Source: Oscillospiraceae bacterium (GTDB lineage: Bacteria > Bacillota > Clostridia > Oscillospirales > Oscillospiraceae). Taken from it: a stretch of 64,000 nt of DNA. The notes under the pieces were generated by a model, which was given only the letters and a program-made list of their open reading frames with translations, did no database searches and had not been told where the DNA came from. The translations under genes and the position numbers were made by a program. The DNA lies in NCBI GenBank assembly GCA_017632775.1, contig JAGBQR010000027.1:5416-69415 (forward strand), read 5' to 3'. This document shows positions 38,808 through 48,132 of this stretch, one piece after another (within the stretch, counting starts at the first letter, position 1; each line of letters starts with the position of its first letter).

Positions 38808-39982
38808 GAGATCGCCTCCCCGTCAGGAAGTGCCGTGGCAAAATACAGGATATCACTCATGGTCCGCTCCGATCCGTAAACGATCCCGTTGGCAGGGGTA
38901 CCGTCAAAAACGATGACAGCTGTCTGGCCTCCGTCCAGTTCATAAGCCTGACGGCAGCCTTTGTCGAGCATGATCTGCGCTGCAGTGGAGGCATACATCC
39001 CGTCAAGATACATCCGGCTGTTTTCGGAACTGGTGACCATCAGGATATAATGGAGACGGTCGGTGGTTCCGATCGCCGAACGCGCGAAATACTCAAACAC
39101 CTCTCCGACCGGATAGGAATACAATTCGCGGATCTTCCCGTTTTCAACCAGGATGGGACCGAAAGAAGTTGAAAAAAGGATATCGTTCTCCGCAATGAAC
39201 CGCTCTGTCTCAGCGGCATCCGTCAGTTCTCCCGCATGGGCAAAGAGCATCTCCCCGGAGGCAGTGAAGAAACAGGTGTCAAGAACAGAGGGAACAAACC
39301 GGCAGAGCTCCCGTTTGTATACGACCACGCCGATAGAACGGAAGGCATAAAAATCGCCGTTGATCGCAGTGACCGCATGTACGCCTCTGGCCATGTCGGA
39401 AGCTTTGAGCTGGATGCTGGAACTGTAGGAATCGCCTGCAATGGCACGCCGGAGCTGGCTTCCGTCGGCGATTTTGACTTCGGCAAACGTACAGACCGTA
39501 TTGCCGATCGCTTCTTTCCAGACGATCGACAGGATCGTATCATCACAGTAGTAACGGATGACAGATCCGGGGAAAACCGGAATGCTGCGGTTCCAGGAAA
39601 GAGCCTGTCCCTCCAGAAGCTCGGAGGCGTCCGCGATCACAGCCTCCACAACGGAGGGATCCGTGGTTTCCCCGAAACGGGCACGCGCCGGCTCCGGGGC
39701 GACGGAAGCATCTTCCGGGATGCGGTAGAGTTTGCGGATATATACGATGTCGGAAAGAGCATCGCTTTTCAGATTGTTGGAAAGCGCTTCAAAACGTCCG
39801 TACAGATCAGTCGTCTGACGGGACGGGACAGTATGGTCTTCATAGGGGTCCGGAGAGACCGTAAGCAGCAGAAGCGCGAAGGCCGCGAGCAGCAGAAAAA
39901 AGAGAAGGGAGACCAGTATCTGTGCCGGGGCCGATGCGGGCCCGGGATGAGGGGACAAATTGCGGTCAGGATCGGAATGCAT
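38804..39982 (-). CDS. phosphodiester glycosidase (NAGPA/DUF2233-like) family protein, membrane anchored
   Basis: N-terminal helix ILVSLLFFLLLAAFALLLL. The AINGDFYAFRS motif resembles the NAGPA family. AGGAGG RBS. Confidence 0.55.
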   Translation of the reverse strand: MHSDPDRNLSPHPGPASAPAQILVSLLFFLLLAAFALLLLTVSPDPYEDHTVPSRQTTDLYGRFEALSNNLKSDALSDIVYIRKLYRIPEDASVAPEPARARFGETTDPSVVEAVIADASELLEGQALSWNRSIPVFPGSVIRYYCDDTILSIVWKEAIGNTVCTFAEVKIADGSQLRRAIAGDSYSSSIQLKASDMARGVHAVTAINGDFYAFRSIGVVVYKRELCRFVPSVLDTCFFTASGEMLFAHAGELTDAAETERFIAENDILFSTSFGPILVENGKIRELYSYPVGEVFEYFARSAIGTTDRLHYILMVTSSENSRMYLDGMYASTAAQIMLDKGCRQAYELDGGQTAVIVFDGTPANGIVYGSERTMSDILYFATALPDGEAIS

Positions 39983-40023
39983 GGAGATCCTCCTGTTTTG
40001 ATATCGGAACAGCTGCTTCAGTT

Positions 40024-41643
40024 TCAGGATACGGAACCGCCGCTCAGTGCAGTCAGGAGAGCCGGTGAAGCGGAAAGCTTCCAGATCCCGTCTGTATAGT
40101 GCAGTTCAAGAGGAAGAACGGCAGTGCGGAGATATGGATCCGGATGCAGGAGAACCGTACGGACCGCATCCAGATAAGCGAGAGATATGAAGTCTTCCCG
40201 GTAACCGCCCTGTCCGTCATAGATCTGACCGGCGGGCAGTTCTTCCACAAGCCTTTGGACGGCGGAAACCGTCTCAGCCTGCAGGCTCCCGGAGAGAGAA
40301 GGCAGATCCAGATAGGTAAAGCGGACCTCCTGTACGGCGTTCAGGCCGGTGACGCTGCAGTCCCCGCTCAGGGAATAGGCGTAACTGGCCTGCAGTGCTT
40401 CATACAGAGCGGCTTCAGCAGGATCTTCCGGCGGTTCTTCCATGCCGAGAGAAGAATAGTCGGACAGACAGGAACAGGCGGTCTCCCAGTCATGATCCAG
40501 TATGCTGTCAAAGAAGCATATGACCGTATCCTGCGGGTCACCCTCTGTTTGCGTAAAGAGGAGACCTTCTGTCCGCCCGATAACACAGGCTGCGGCAGCC
40601 GCAAAGACAAACAGTACGGAAAGAAGGGCGGAGAGCAGACGGGCTTTCCTGCGGACTGAAAGAATAATGACGCCGGTCAGAAGACCGAGGCAAAGCACAC
40701 CCAGGAAAAGCAGGAGAGGAAGCGGACGCTCTGTTTCCTCCGGAGGCGCCGGGACCGGATCCGCAGCTGTTTCAGCGGCCGGAACGGCGGCAGGCGGCGA
40801 TTCCGGTTCCGGATCAGCAGGAGCGGCTTCCGCGGAAAGGCGTGCCGACCGCGTGCGGTCCGCATAATCGCACATCAGCGTGCAGTAGTCCGCCAGCAGG
40901 TTGTTCGGAAGGCGGACATCCCATGTGAACATCACGATCAGGATGGGATCCTCTGTATAACAGATCCCGCAGTCAGACACGAAGAAACTGCCGTTTTCAC
41001 TGATATAGCCGTATTTGTGGGCAACGGGTACCCTTTGTTCATGAAAGCAGAAATAATCCTCCGGCTCAGCCTCCAGAAGGCAGTCGATCACACCCGGGAA
41101 ACGATCCGGTTCTTCGTAAAGGACGCGCAGGCAATGGATGACCTGCTGCGCGGTAAAGAAACGGTTTTCATAGTAGAGGGGATCGACCGATGCCGGATCC
41201 ACGCCCATATACGGAGCAATGAGATCGCGGAACTGCATATAGCTGCCGAGATTCTGCCAGAGCAGGGTGGCGTAGTAATTATCGGAACGGATGAGAGTAG
41301 CCTCCTGCTGCGTCCGGTAGGGCACGCCGAGAACGGGGGTGTCGAAGGACATCTCCCCGTTATGTATGCGCTCGGCATAAACCATGTTGAGCGGGACCTT
41401 ATAGATGCTGCCGGTCTCCATATAGCTGTCGCCCCGGTAGTAATGCTGCTCTCCGGTCACTGTATTGTAGTATCCGAGAGCAACAGAAGCTTCCGGACAG
41501 TTGTTTTCAAGGAGAAAAGCCTGAACACAGGCATCCCAGTCACAGAGAGAAGAGGATTCCTCCGCGGAGGCCGGAACAGGCAAGAGTATTGCGATCGCTG
41601 TAAAAAAAAGAATGAATACCGCAGAAAGAAATGATCGTTTCAT
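40024..41643 (-). CDS. class-A beta-lactamase-fold serine hydrolase fused to 2 TM helices and a C-terminal domain of unknown function
   Basis: Signal peptide MKRSFLSAVFILFFTAIAILLPVPASA. The three class-A motifs are present: SIYK (SxxK), SDN (RSDNYY) and KYG (AHKYGY). A Pro/Ala linker, two TM helices and a ~190-aa tail follow. ATG 41643. Confidence 0.65.
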   Translation of the reverse strand: MKRSFLSAVFILFFTAIAILLPVPASAEESSSLCDWDACVQAFLLENNCPEASVALGYYNTVTGEQHYYRGDSYMETGSIYKVPLNMVYAERIHNGEMSFDTPVLGVPYRTQQEATLIRSDNYYATLLWQNLGSYMQFRDLIAPYMGVDPASVDPLYYENRFFTAQQVIHCLRVLYEEPDRFPGVIDCLLEAEPEDYFCFHEQRVPVAHKYGYISENGSFFVSDCGICYTEDPILIVMFTWDVRLPNNLLADYCTLMCDYADRTRSARLSAEAAPADPEPESPPAAVPAAETAADPVPAPPEETERPLPLLLFLGVLCLGLLTGVIILSVRRKARLLSALLSVLFVFAAAAACVIGRTEGLLFTQTEGDPQDTVICFFDSILDHDWETACSCLSDYSSLGMEEPPEDPAEAALYEALQASYAYSLSGDCSVTGLNAVQEVRFTYLDLPSLSGSLQAETVSAVQRLVEELPAGQIYDGQGGYREDFISLAYLDAVRTVLLHPDPYLRTAVLPLELHYTDGIWKLSASPALLTALSGGSVS

Positions 41644-41656
41644 TCGGACTCCTGCT

Positions 41657-42295
41657 TCATTTTGATATGGGAACGGCTTTTTGTACGCTATTCCCTTCTT
41701 CGACTGTGACGGAGCCGGCACTGAGATCGATGATCCGATCCCGGAAAGCAGGTACTTCTTCAGCAGGAACGACCAGTGACAGAGTGACGGAAGCACCGTA
41801 ATCCACGGCCTCGGTCACCCCGGAAAAAACCGGGACCACGGCCCGGACACGCTCAAACAGAGCATACGGGCAGGTCACCCTGCAGGCAGTCCAGCTGCGC
41901 ACCGCGGAGATCCCGGCAGCGTGGAGTGCGTCCTTTGCCGCTTTTGTGTAGGCGCGGAGAAGACCGCCCGTACCCAGGAGGATCCCGCCGAAATACCGGG
42001 TGACAACGCAGACCGCATTGGTGACATTCTCACGATGAAGCACTTCCAGCATCGGAAGACCTGCGGTCCCCTGCGGCTCTCCGTCATCGGAATAGCGTTC
42101 TGTACCGTCCTGTATACGGTAGCACCAGCAATTGTGTCTGGCATCATAATGCGTTTTCCGGATCCCGGCAATAAATGCTTTGGCGTCCTCTTCCGTTTCC
42201 GCAGGATGAACGACACCGAGGAAACGGGAACGCTTTTCCGTGTATTCAGCGCGTCCTTCTCCGGAAGGAATAAAAAACTCCGTCAAAAGTCCCAC
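41657..42295 (-). CDS. YigZ/IMPACT-family protein (UPF0029)
   Basis: KRSRFLGVVHPAETEEDAKAFI...HNCWCYRI. GTG start. Overlaps the hflX 3-prime end by 13 nt. Confidence 0.8.
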   Translation of the reverse strand: MGLLTEFFIPSGEGRAEYTEKRSRFLGVVHPAETEEDAKAFIAGIRKTHYDARHNCWCYRIQDGTERYSDDGEPQGTAGLPMLEVLHRENVTNAVCVVTRYFGGILLGTGGLLRAYTKAAKDALHAAGISAVRSWTACRVTCPYALFERVRAVVPVFSGVTEAVDYGASVTLSLVVPAEEVPAFRDRIIDLSAGSVTVEEGNSVQKAVPISK

Positions 42296-43590
42296 TCCTC
42301 TTTTTCCTCCGGGAGATCCGGAATATACTTTTTCATCCGTCCGAAAAGCTCAGGGGTCAGCACAGCATGGAGTTCGATCCCGGTTTCGGTGTATTCAAGT
42401 CCGGAGACAACAGCTTCCCGCTTGAGCAGATCCACGGTCCCGGCATCGGAATACGGGATCCTGAGCATGAACTCTCTGCGTTCCGAAGAGAGAAGGTCCA
42501 GCAGCATTTCCACAAGCCGGTCGGCTCCTTCGCCGCTTCGGGCGGACATACATACGGCATTCTCCCCATGGGGCAGGATGCCCGTGTAACGATCGCATTT
42601 GTTGTAGACACGCAGGCAGGGGGTGGATTCCGCACCGAGCTGCCGGATGAGATCATCCACAACTTCGGCCTGGGTCTCCCATTCCGGATTGGAAATATCG
42701 ATCACATGGATCAGCGCGTCCGCATAGGTCAGCTCTTCAAGCGTTGCCTTGAAGGCCTCGACCAGATGAGTGGGAAGCTTGCGGATAAAGCCGACCGTGT
42801 CGCTCAGGAGGACCTCGCAGGTCTCGTCCAGACGAAACCTGCGTGTAGTCGTATCAAGCGTGTCGAACAGGCGGTCGTTGGCGGGGATGCCGGCGTTCGT
42901 GAGACAGTTGAGCAGGGTGGATTTTCCCGCGTTTGTATAGCCGACGAGGGCTACCGTGGGCATGGCGTTTTTTTCGCGTCTTCGCCGCTGAGTATCCCGT
43001 ATCCGCCTGACCTCGTTCAGTTCCTCTTCCAGTTTCTGGATCTTACGTCTGATGTGGCGCCGGTCGGTTTCCAGCTGAGTCTCTCCGGGACCTCTTGTCC
43101 CGATCGGAGAAGAACCGCCGGATGCGGTCTGACGGACTAGGTGAGTCCACATACCGGTCAGGCGCGGAAGCAGATACTTGTACTGTGCCAGTTCGACCTG
43201 CAGCTGGCCTTCGCGGGTCCTTGCACGCTGAGCAAAGATATCCAGGATCAGACCGGAGCGATCCATCACCTTTACGCCGAGATCCTCACTCAGAACACGC
43301 ATCTGAGAAGGAGTAAGTTCATTATCAAAAACAGCGAAATCGCAGTCGTTGGATGCAATGAGCTCCTTGAGTTCCTGTACTTTGCCGTCTCCGATGAAAC
43401 TTCGCGGATCCGGAGCGGGCCTGTTCTGGATGACGATGACGGCTGCCTCTCCGCCGGCTGTTTCAACCAGCGCACTCAGTTCCTCCATTGAAACCTCTGT
43501 TGAACGTTCCCGCAGATCCATACTGGAGGCGCTGAGTCCGGCAAGAACTGCCCGTTCTTTTCTTTTTTCCGTTGTTTCTGGTCTGTTCAT
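42283..43590 (-). CDS. hflX: GTPase HflX
   Basis: G1 GYTNAGKSTLLN and G3 DTVGFI. ATG 43590 is preferred over the ORF-track TTG at 43608. Confidence 0.88.
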   Translation of the reverse strand: MNRPETTEKRKERAVLAGLSASSMDLRERSTEVSMEELSALVETAGGEAAVIVIQNRPAPDPRSFIGDGKVQELKELIASNDCDFAVFDNELTPSQMRVLSEDLGVKVMDRSGLILDIFAQRARTREGQLQVELAQYKYLLPRLTGMWTHLVRQTASGGSSPIGTRGPGETQLETDRRHIRRKIQKLEEELNEVRRIRDTQRRRREKNAMPTVALVGYTNAGKSTLLNCLTNAGIPANDRLFDTLDTTTRRFRLDETCEVLLSDTVGFIRKLPTHLVEAFKATLEELTYADALIHVIDISNPEWETQAEVVDDLIRQLGAESTPCLRVYNKCDRYTGILPHGENAVCMSARSGEGADRLVEMLLDLLSSERREFMLRIPYSDAGTVDLLKREAVVSGLEYTETGIELHAVLTPELFGRMKKYIPDLPEEKEEWDF

Positions 43591-43651
43591 TCGTACGTCA
43601 TCCCGCAAACACTGTATTTCTCAAACAGTATCACTATAATACAAAAGGAAG

Positions 43652-43688
43652 GGAAAAACAACAGGCGGCCATGTGAAACGGCCGCCTG
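43652..43688 (-). terminator. terminator of the nitroreductase gene
   Basis: CAGGCGGCC / GGCCGCCTG arms. On the minus strand they are followed by TTGTTTTT. Confidence 0.6.
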
Positions 43689-43701
43689 CAGGAGAAAGCG
43701 C

Positions 43702-44223
43702 TTATTCGATACGGAAGACCCGGTTCGGAACGACAGGCTTCGGAGAAAGCGGTTCGTCCGGATAACCGACAATGCAGAAAGCGATCCCTTCCACATCTTC
43801 CGTTATCCCTGCATCCGCAAGGATCTTCCGGCCTTCCTCGGTGCCGAACACCTGCCGGGCGCGATTGATCCAGCGGGCGCCAAGTCCCATGGCATACGCG
43901 GTGTTGAGCATGTTTCCCATGGCAAGAGAACCGTCACAGACATAATCGCCTTCCTTTTTCGCAAGAACGGCGATAACGTCAAGGGCGCCGTAGAACACGT
44001 CAAAACCCTCCGGCGCACCGGCGACCTGCGCATTCATTTTCATCAGCCGGTCGCGGATGTCATCGTTGGTTATGATCAAAAAACGCGGAGTCTGCTTATT
44101 TCCTCCGGAGGGAGCTTTCAGTCCGGCCTGAACGATCAGGTCCAGATCCTCTTTTTTTACATGTTCACTGCGGTATTTCCTCGCGGAAGAGCGCTCCAGG
44201 ATGGATTTTACGATATCATTCAT
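43702..44223 (-). CDS. nitroreductase-family protein
   Basis: MNDIVKSILERSSARKY N-terminus typical of the family. ATG 44223. Confidence 0.8.
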   Translation of the reverse strand: MNDIVKSILERSSARKYRSEHVKKEDLDLIVQAGLKAPSGGNKQTPRFLIITNDDIRDRLMKMNAQVAGAPEGFDVFYGALDVIAVLAKKEGDYVCDGSLAMGNMLNTAYAMGLGARWINRARQVFGTEEGRKILADAGITEDVEGIAFCIVGYPDEPLSPKPVVPNRVFRIE

Positions 44224-44351
44224 AAGTCTCTGTCCTTTCTGAATATACATTTTATAATGCGGGCAGCGCGGACAGGCCGGTACCCGGAAGGTATGACTAA
44301 TCTTAACAAATCGGTGAAGGCTTTACAATACCTTCCGGGAAACAGGGCAGC

Positions 44352-44377
44352 ACAGATAAGACAGAATAGACAGATAG
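44352..44377 (+). repeat. three tandem direct repeats ACAGATAAG / ACAGAATAG / ACAGATAG abutting the -35
   Basis: Read directly. The repeats end 3 nt before TTGCAG. Confidence 0.8.
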
Positions 44378-44380
44378 ACC

Positions 44381-44409
44381 TTGCAGAAAAACGGAAAATA
44401 TGGTATATT
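44381..44409 (+). promoter_or_regulatory. candidate sigma-A promoter of the flavoenzyme gene: -35 TTGCAG, 17-nt spacer, TGn-extended -10 TATATT
   Basis: Hexamers at 44381-44386 and 44404-44409. Confidence 0.45.
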
Positions 44410-44444
44410 CTACCCAAATAATTAATTACTGTCTCGTGATTGAT

Positions 44445-44460
44445 TATTGTCCGGACAATA
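44445..44460. promoter_or_regulatory. perfect 16-bp palindrome TATTGTCCGGACAATA (candidate operator)
   Basis: Self-complementary when checked base by base. It sits between the -10 and the ATG at 44482. Confidence 0.6.
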
Positions 44461-44481
44461 TAAGAGAAAGGAAAGATTTTT

Positions 44482-46551
44482 ATGGACGAAAAATACAGTG
44501 CCCTGTTTACTCCATGGAAAGTCGGCAATGTGGAAATTCCGAACCGCATTGTCCAGTGCTCCATGGGAGGCACGTCCCTGTTCGGCTGGCTGGAACCCTG
44601 CCACTTCGATAAGGAAGCGGCTCATTTCCTGCTCGGCAGAGCCAAGGACGGTGTGGGTCTCGTTCTGCCCGGCATGCAGTGCGTGCGCGATACGATGGGC
44701 AAACGCTGGCTCTATCAGAACAAGCGGATGTTCAAGGAACTCAAGCCGTTTATGGATGAGTACCACAAGACCGGCGGAAAACTTTTCATCCAGCTGGCAG
44801 CCGGATTTGGCCGGTCCATGGCTATCAACGGGATGATGGTTGCGCTCCTCAAGAACAAAACACTTGGCAAACTGGCTTCTCCGTTCCTGGATGTTGACTA
44901 CTGCTGCGCTTCCGCTTCGGAGACCCCGAACCGCTGGTATCCGGAACTCAAATCCCGTCCGATGACTGTGGAAGAGATCCAGGAGATGGTCGAGGCCTTC
45001 GGTAAGACGGCGAAGCTCCTGCGCGAAGCAGGTGTGGACGGCGTCGAGATCCATGCCGTACATGAAGGATACCTGCTCGACCAGTTCACGATGAAGAACT
45101 GGAACTTCCGTACCGACCAGTACGGCGGATCCTTCGAAAACCGCTATCGTTTCCCGGTCGAGATCGTGCAGTGCATCCACAAATATGCGGGAGATGATTT
45201 CCCGGTCTCTCTGCGTTATTCCGTCGTTTCGAAAACCAAGGACTGGTGCAAGGGAGCCATGCCGTATGAGACCGATTTCGTTGAATTCGGCCGTGACATG
45301 GAAGAGTCCGAGAAGGCAGTCAAGTATCTGGAGGAAGCCGGATACGCAATGTTCAACTGCGACAACGGCACCTATGATGCATGGTACTGGGCACATCCGC
45401 CTCAGTATATGCCCGATAACTGCAACCTTGATTATGTCGAGCATATCAAAAAGTTCACGAACGCACCTGTCGTTTGCGCCGGTCGTATGGATCCTGTCAA
45501 AGCGGCAGAAGAGATCGCTGCCGGCAGACTGGATGCCGTTGCGATCGCCCGTCAGAACCTGGTCGATCAGGACTGGGTCACCAAAATCAAAGAAGGCCGC
45601 CAGGACGAGATCAGACCCTGCATCCGCTGCCACAACGGCTGCTTCAACTTTGCCAAGAACAGCAAGACGGCAAACATCCAGTCCCTGGAAGACTCGATGC
45701 ATCTTGCCCGCTGCGCTCTGAACCCGCCCACCATGCAGCATAACCGCTATAAGATCGTCCCGACCAGGAACCCGAAGAAAGTCGCGATCATCGGCGGTGG
45801 TATCGGCGGTATGGAATCGGCTCTGCTTCTGAAGAAACGCGGACATAATCCGGTCATCTTTGAGAAGAGCAATGAGCTCGGAGGCCTTTTCCTGACTGCT
45901 TCTGCCATGTCCTTCAAAGAGAATGACAAAGATCTTATCAAGTGGTACAGGAGAGAAATCGAGAAGTACGGCATCGAAGTCCGCTTCAACACAGAGGTCA
46001 ATGATCTCGGAACGATCCGCAGCGCCTTCGATGAGATCGTAGTCTGCACCGGCTCCGTGCCCAGATCCATGCCGATCCCCGGGTTTGAGAAGACCCTCAA
46101 CTTCACGCAGCTCCTCCGTGAGAAGGAACTCGATGTTGGCGACAAGGTCCTCTTCCTCGGCGGCGGCCAGTCTTCCTGCGAAGCGGCGTACGATCTGATC
46201 CTTCACGGCAAACACCCGATCATCGTTGAGTACACGGATGACCTGGTCAATGCACAGGCAACCTGCCTTGCCAACACCTCCTTCCTGCGTGATGCCATGG
46301 AATACCATAAAGTTCCCGTTTATCTGAGATCCACCCTTACGGAGATCGGCGACGGCTATGCGATGGTGAAGACCAGAGGCAGCAACGAAGCTTTCAAGGT
46401 CGAGTGTGACGCGGTCGTGAACGGTATCGGCTTTGTTCCCACACCGATCGGCGAAAAGAGCAGCAACGTCCACAGAGTGGGCGACTGTGTTGCCATCGGC
46501 AACCTGCGCACAGTTATCTGGCGCGCGTGGGATGTCTGCATGAAGATCTGA
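44482..46551 (+). CDS. NADH:flavin oxidoreductase of the 2-enoate reductase / 2,4-dienoyl-CoA reductase / BaiH family
   Basis: OYE-like FMN barrel (FTPWKVGNVEIPNRIVQCSMGG; HAVHEGYLLDQF), Fe-S Cys motif CIRCHNGC, and a C-terminal Rossmann fold VAIIGGGIGGME. Confidence 0.85.
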   Translation: MDEKYSALFTPWKVGNVEIPNRIVQCSMGGTSLFGWLEPCHFDKEAAHFLLGRAKDGVGLVLPGMQCVRDTMGKRWLYQNKRMFKELKPFMDEYHKTGGKLFIQLAAGFGRSMAINGMMVALLKNKTLGKLASPFLDVDYCCASASETPNRWYPELKSRPMTVEEIQEMVEAFGKTAKLLREAGVDGVEIHAVHEGYLLDQFTMKNWNFRTDQYGGSFENRYRFPVEIVQCIHKYAGDDFPVSLRYSVVSKTKDWCKGAMPYETDFVEFGRDMEESEKAVKYLEEAGYAMFNCDNGTYDAWYWAHPPQYMPDNCNLDYVEHIKKFTNAPVVCAGRMDPVKAAEEIAAGRLDAVAIARQNLVDQDWVTKIKEGRQDEIRPCIRCHNGCFNFAKNSKTANIQSLEDSMHLARCALNPPTMQHNRYKIVPTRNPKKVAIIGGGIGGMESALLLKKRGHNPVIFEKSNELGGLFLTASAMSFKENDKDLIKWYRREIEKYGIEVRFNTEVNDLGTIRSAFDEIVVCTGSVPRSMPIPGFEKTLNFTQLLREKELDVGDKVLFLGGGQSSCEAAYDLILHGKHPIIVEYTDDLVNAQATCLANTSFLRDAMEYHKVPVYLRSTLTEIGDGYAMVKTRGSNEAFKVECDAVVNGIGFVPTPIGEKSSNVHRVGDCVAIGNLRTVIWRAWDVCMKI

Positions 46552-46576
46552 TTTCCTGACACAAGCACTGTAAAAG

Positions 46577-46610
46577 AAAAACAGCTCCCTGTTCAGGGGA
46601 GCTGTTTTTT
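46577..46610. terminator. bidirectional terminator
   Basis: ACAGCTCCC / GGGAGCTGT arms flanked by an A-run and a T-run. Confidence 0.65.
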
Positions 46611-46618
46611 CTTTTGAT

Positions 46619-47056
46619 TCATTCAATGGCGATCAGTTTCACATTCTCGATACCGGCTGTTCCGGAAATGGAAGACAGCAGTGCAGAGACGGAAGCGGTG
46701 GCGGCGCTCGTGTCCAGGGAGAGGGTGACGCTTGCCAGGCCATGGATCGGCGGGCTCTGGGTTATGGTCAGAACACTGTAACCGGCAGAAGAGACCCGGT
46801 TCAGCAAGGCACTGAGGGTTCCCGGTTCATGTGTCAGCAGCATGGACAGCACAGCTTTCCGGCCGCCTTCCAGTTCAGCGGGTTCCATGATGAAGTCCTT
46901 GTATTTGTAATAGGTGCTCCGGGAGATCCCGGTGAGTTTGACGGCCTGGCTGACTTCCTTCACTTTGCCGGATTCGAGCAGATGGCGGGTCTCCAGGACT
47001 TTGTCATAATAGTCGGGCAGGATGCTTTTGTGTACGATCAGATAGTTTTCCAGCAT
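46619..47056 (-). CDS. ACT-domain protein (UPF0735/PheB-like) with N-terminal HTH
   Basis: VSQAVKLTGISRSTYYKYKDFI, then the ACT-like segment AVLSMLLTHEPGTLSALLNRVSSAGYSVLTI. ATG 47056 has an AAGGGGA RBS. Confidence 0.7.
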   Translation of the reverse strand: MLENYLIVHKSILPDYYDKVLETRHLLESGKVKEVSQAVKLTGISRSTYYKYKDFIMEPAELEGGRKAVLSMLLTHEPGTLSALLNRVSSAGYSVLTITQSPPIHGLASVTLSLDTSAATASVSALLSSISGTAGIENVKLIAIE

Positions 47057-47073
47057 GTCAGATCCCCTTTCGT

Positions 47074-48132
47074 TCAATAGATCTGTGTCAGAGCGGGAAG
47101 AAAGGTGAGCGCGCAGAGACGGTCCACAGCCTGCAGCGCATCTGAGGGAGCGATAGGGTTGTCATCTGAATACCCTATGCTGCTGTCGATCCGGTGCCGC
47201 CATACCTTCGCACCGGGATCGTCCGGCTCCCACTCCGCAAGATAGACTTCATCATAAAGCAGAAAATCACCCGAAAGATGGTATATCCCGTAGGAAAGAA
47301 ACGTGTTTCCGCCGCTGACCGTGAGCATGCGGCCTTCATTAAGCAGAAACAGTTCGGTGGAAAGACTTGAGCAGAAAATCCGGGCAGGCGCGCTGTCCGC
47401 CACAGTATAGAGATCAAAAACCCGGTTTTTCCGATAATCGCTCTCTTCCGGAAGGGAAGCAGCGATCAGCAGCTCCTCCACACCGTTTTCATCGATATCC
47501 CAAAGCGCATAAGCTACCCCGGAACATGCGGACGCACGTTCACTGATGCCGTTTGTCCGGCAGTATTCCAGAGAGGGAGGTCCGTAAAGAAATGCCCGGG
47601 AATAGCGCATCAGCACACAGGAATACGGATCCTCATGATCGATCACCGCAAGGCGTGCGGGGATGCTGGTCAGGGGACCGCCCTCTCCTTCGAAGACAGC
47701 CTGTACTTTCCATCCGTCGAGGAAGAGGGGAATATTGTTCAGGGAGAGAGCTTCACTGTCGGCGCCTGAAATGATCAGACCCGGATAGGCAGCCTGTGTT
47801 TCCTCCGCAGAAAAAACGGCACCGTATGTATCCACGAACTCCCAGCGGACGGAAGCGGCATTCTGCGCCTTTGCCACGAACCATGCTCCGCCGCCCGGGG
47901 AAACACTCTCGTCGGTAGGCTCTTTCGTGATCCGAAACACTGTATCCGGAAAAAGAACAGACGGTTCCGGCAGCGCGACTCCTTCCGCCGGCGGATCCGC
48001 ATAAGGCTCCGCCGCAGTGACCGCATCAGCGGTGACCGCCTGCGGAGAATAATTGGCGCCTGCAGGAAAGCCGCAGGAACAGAACAAAAAAAGGAAAGCG
48101 GAAAAGAGCACAGCAGTATTCCTGGCCTTCAA
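47074..48132 (-). CDS. secreted/lipoprotein of unknown function; paralog of 13864-15300
   Basis: MKARNTAVLFSAFLFLFCSC-G signal sequence (TTG start). Its Ig-like segment aligns at roughly 45 percent identity, by eye, with 14461-14760. Confidence 0.7.
   Translation of the reverse strand: MKARNTAVLFSAFLFLFCSCGFPAGANYSPQAVTADAVTAAEPYADPPAEGVALPEPSVLFPDTVFRITKEPTDESVSPGGGAWFVAKAQNAASVRWEFVDTYGAVFSAEETQAAYPGLIISGADSEALSLNNIPLFLDGWKVQAVFEGEGGPLTSIPARLAVIDHEDPYSCVLMRYSRAFLYGPPSLEYCRTNGISERASACSGVAYALWDIDENGVEELLIAASLPEESDYRKNRVFDLYTVADSAPARIFCSSLSTELFLLNEGRMLTVSGGNTFLSYGIYHLSGDFLLYDEVYLAEWEPDDPGAKVWRHRIDSSIGYSDDNPIAPSDALQAVDRLCALTFLPALTQIY

Noticed and set aside
44422-46626. A 734-aa minus-strand ORF that is longer than, and completely covers, the 689-aa flavoenzyme gene.
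   Set aside because: It is in the codon-aligned antisense frame (44482-44422 is divisible by 3). It stays open only because the sense gene never uses TTA, CTA or TCA codons, as expected with G+C-rich codon usage. The translation is Arg/Asp/Leu/Val/His-rich with no motif, whereas the sense frame has clear OYE, Fe-S and Rossmann motifs.
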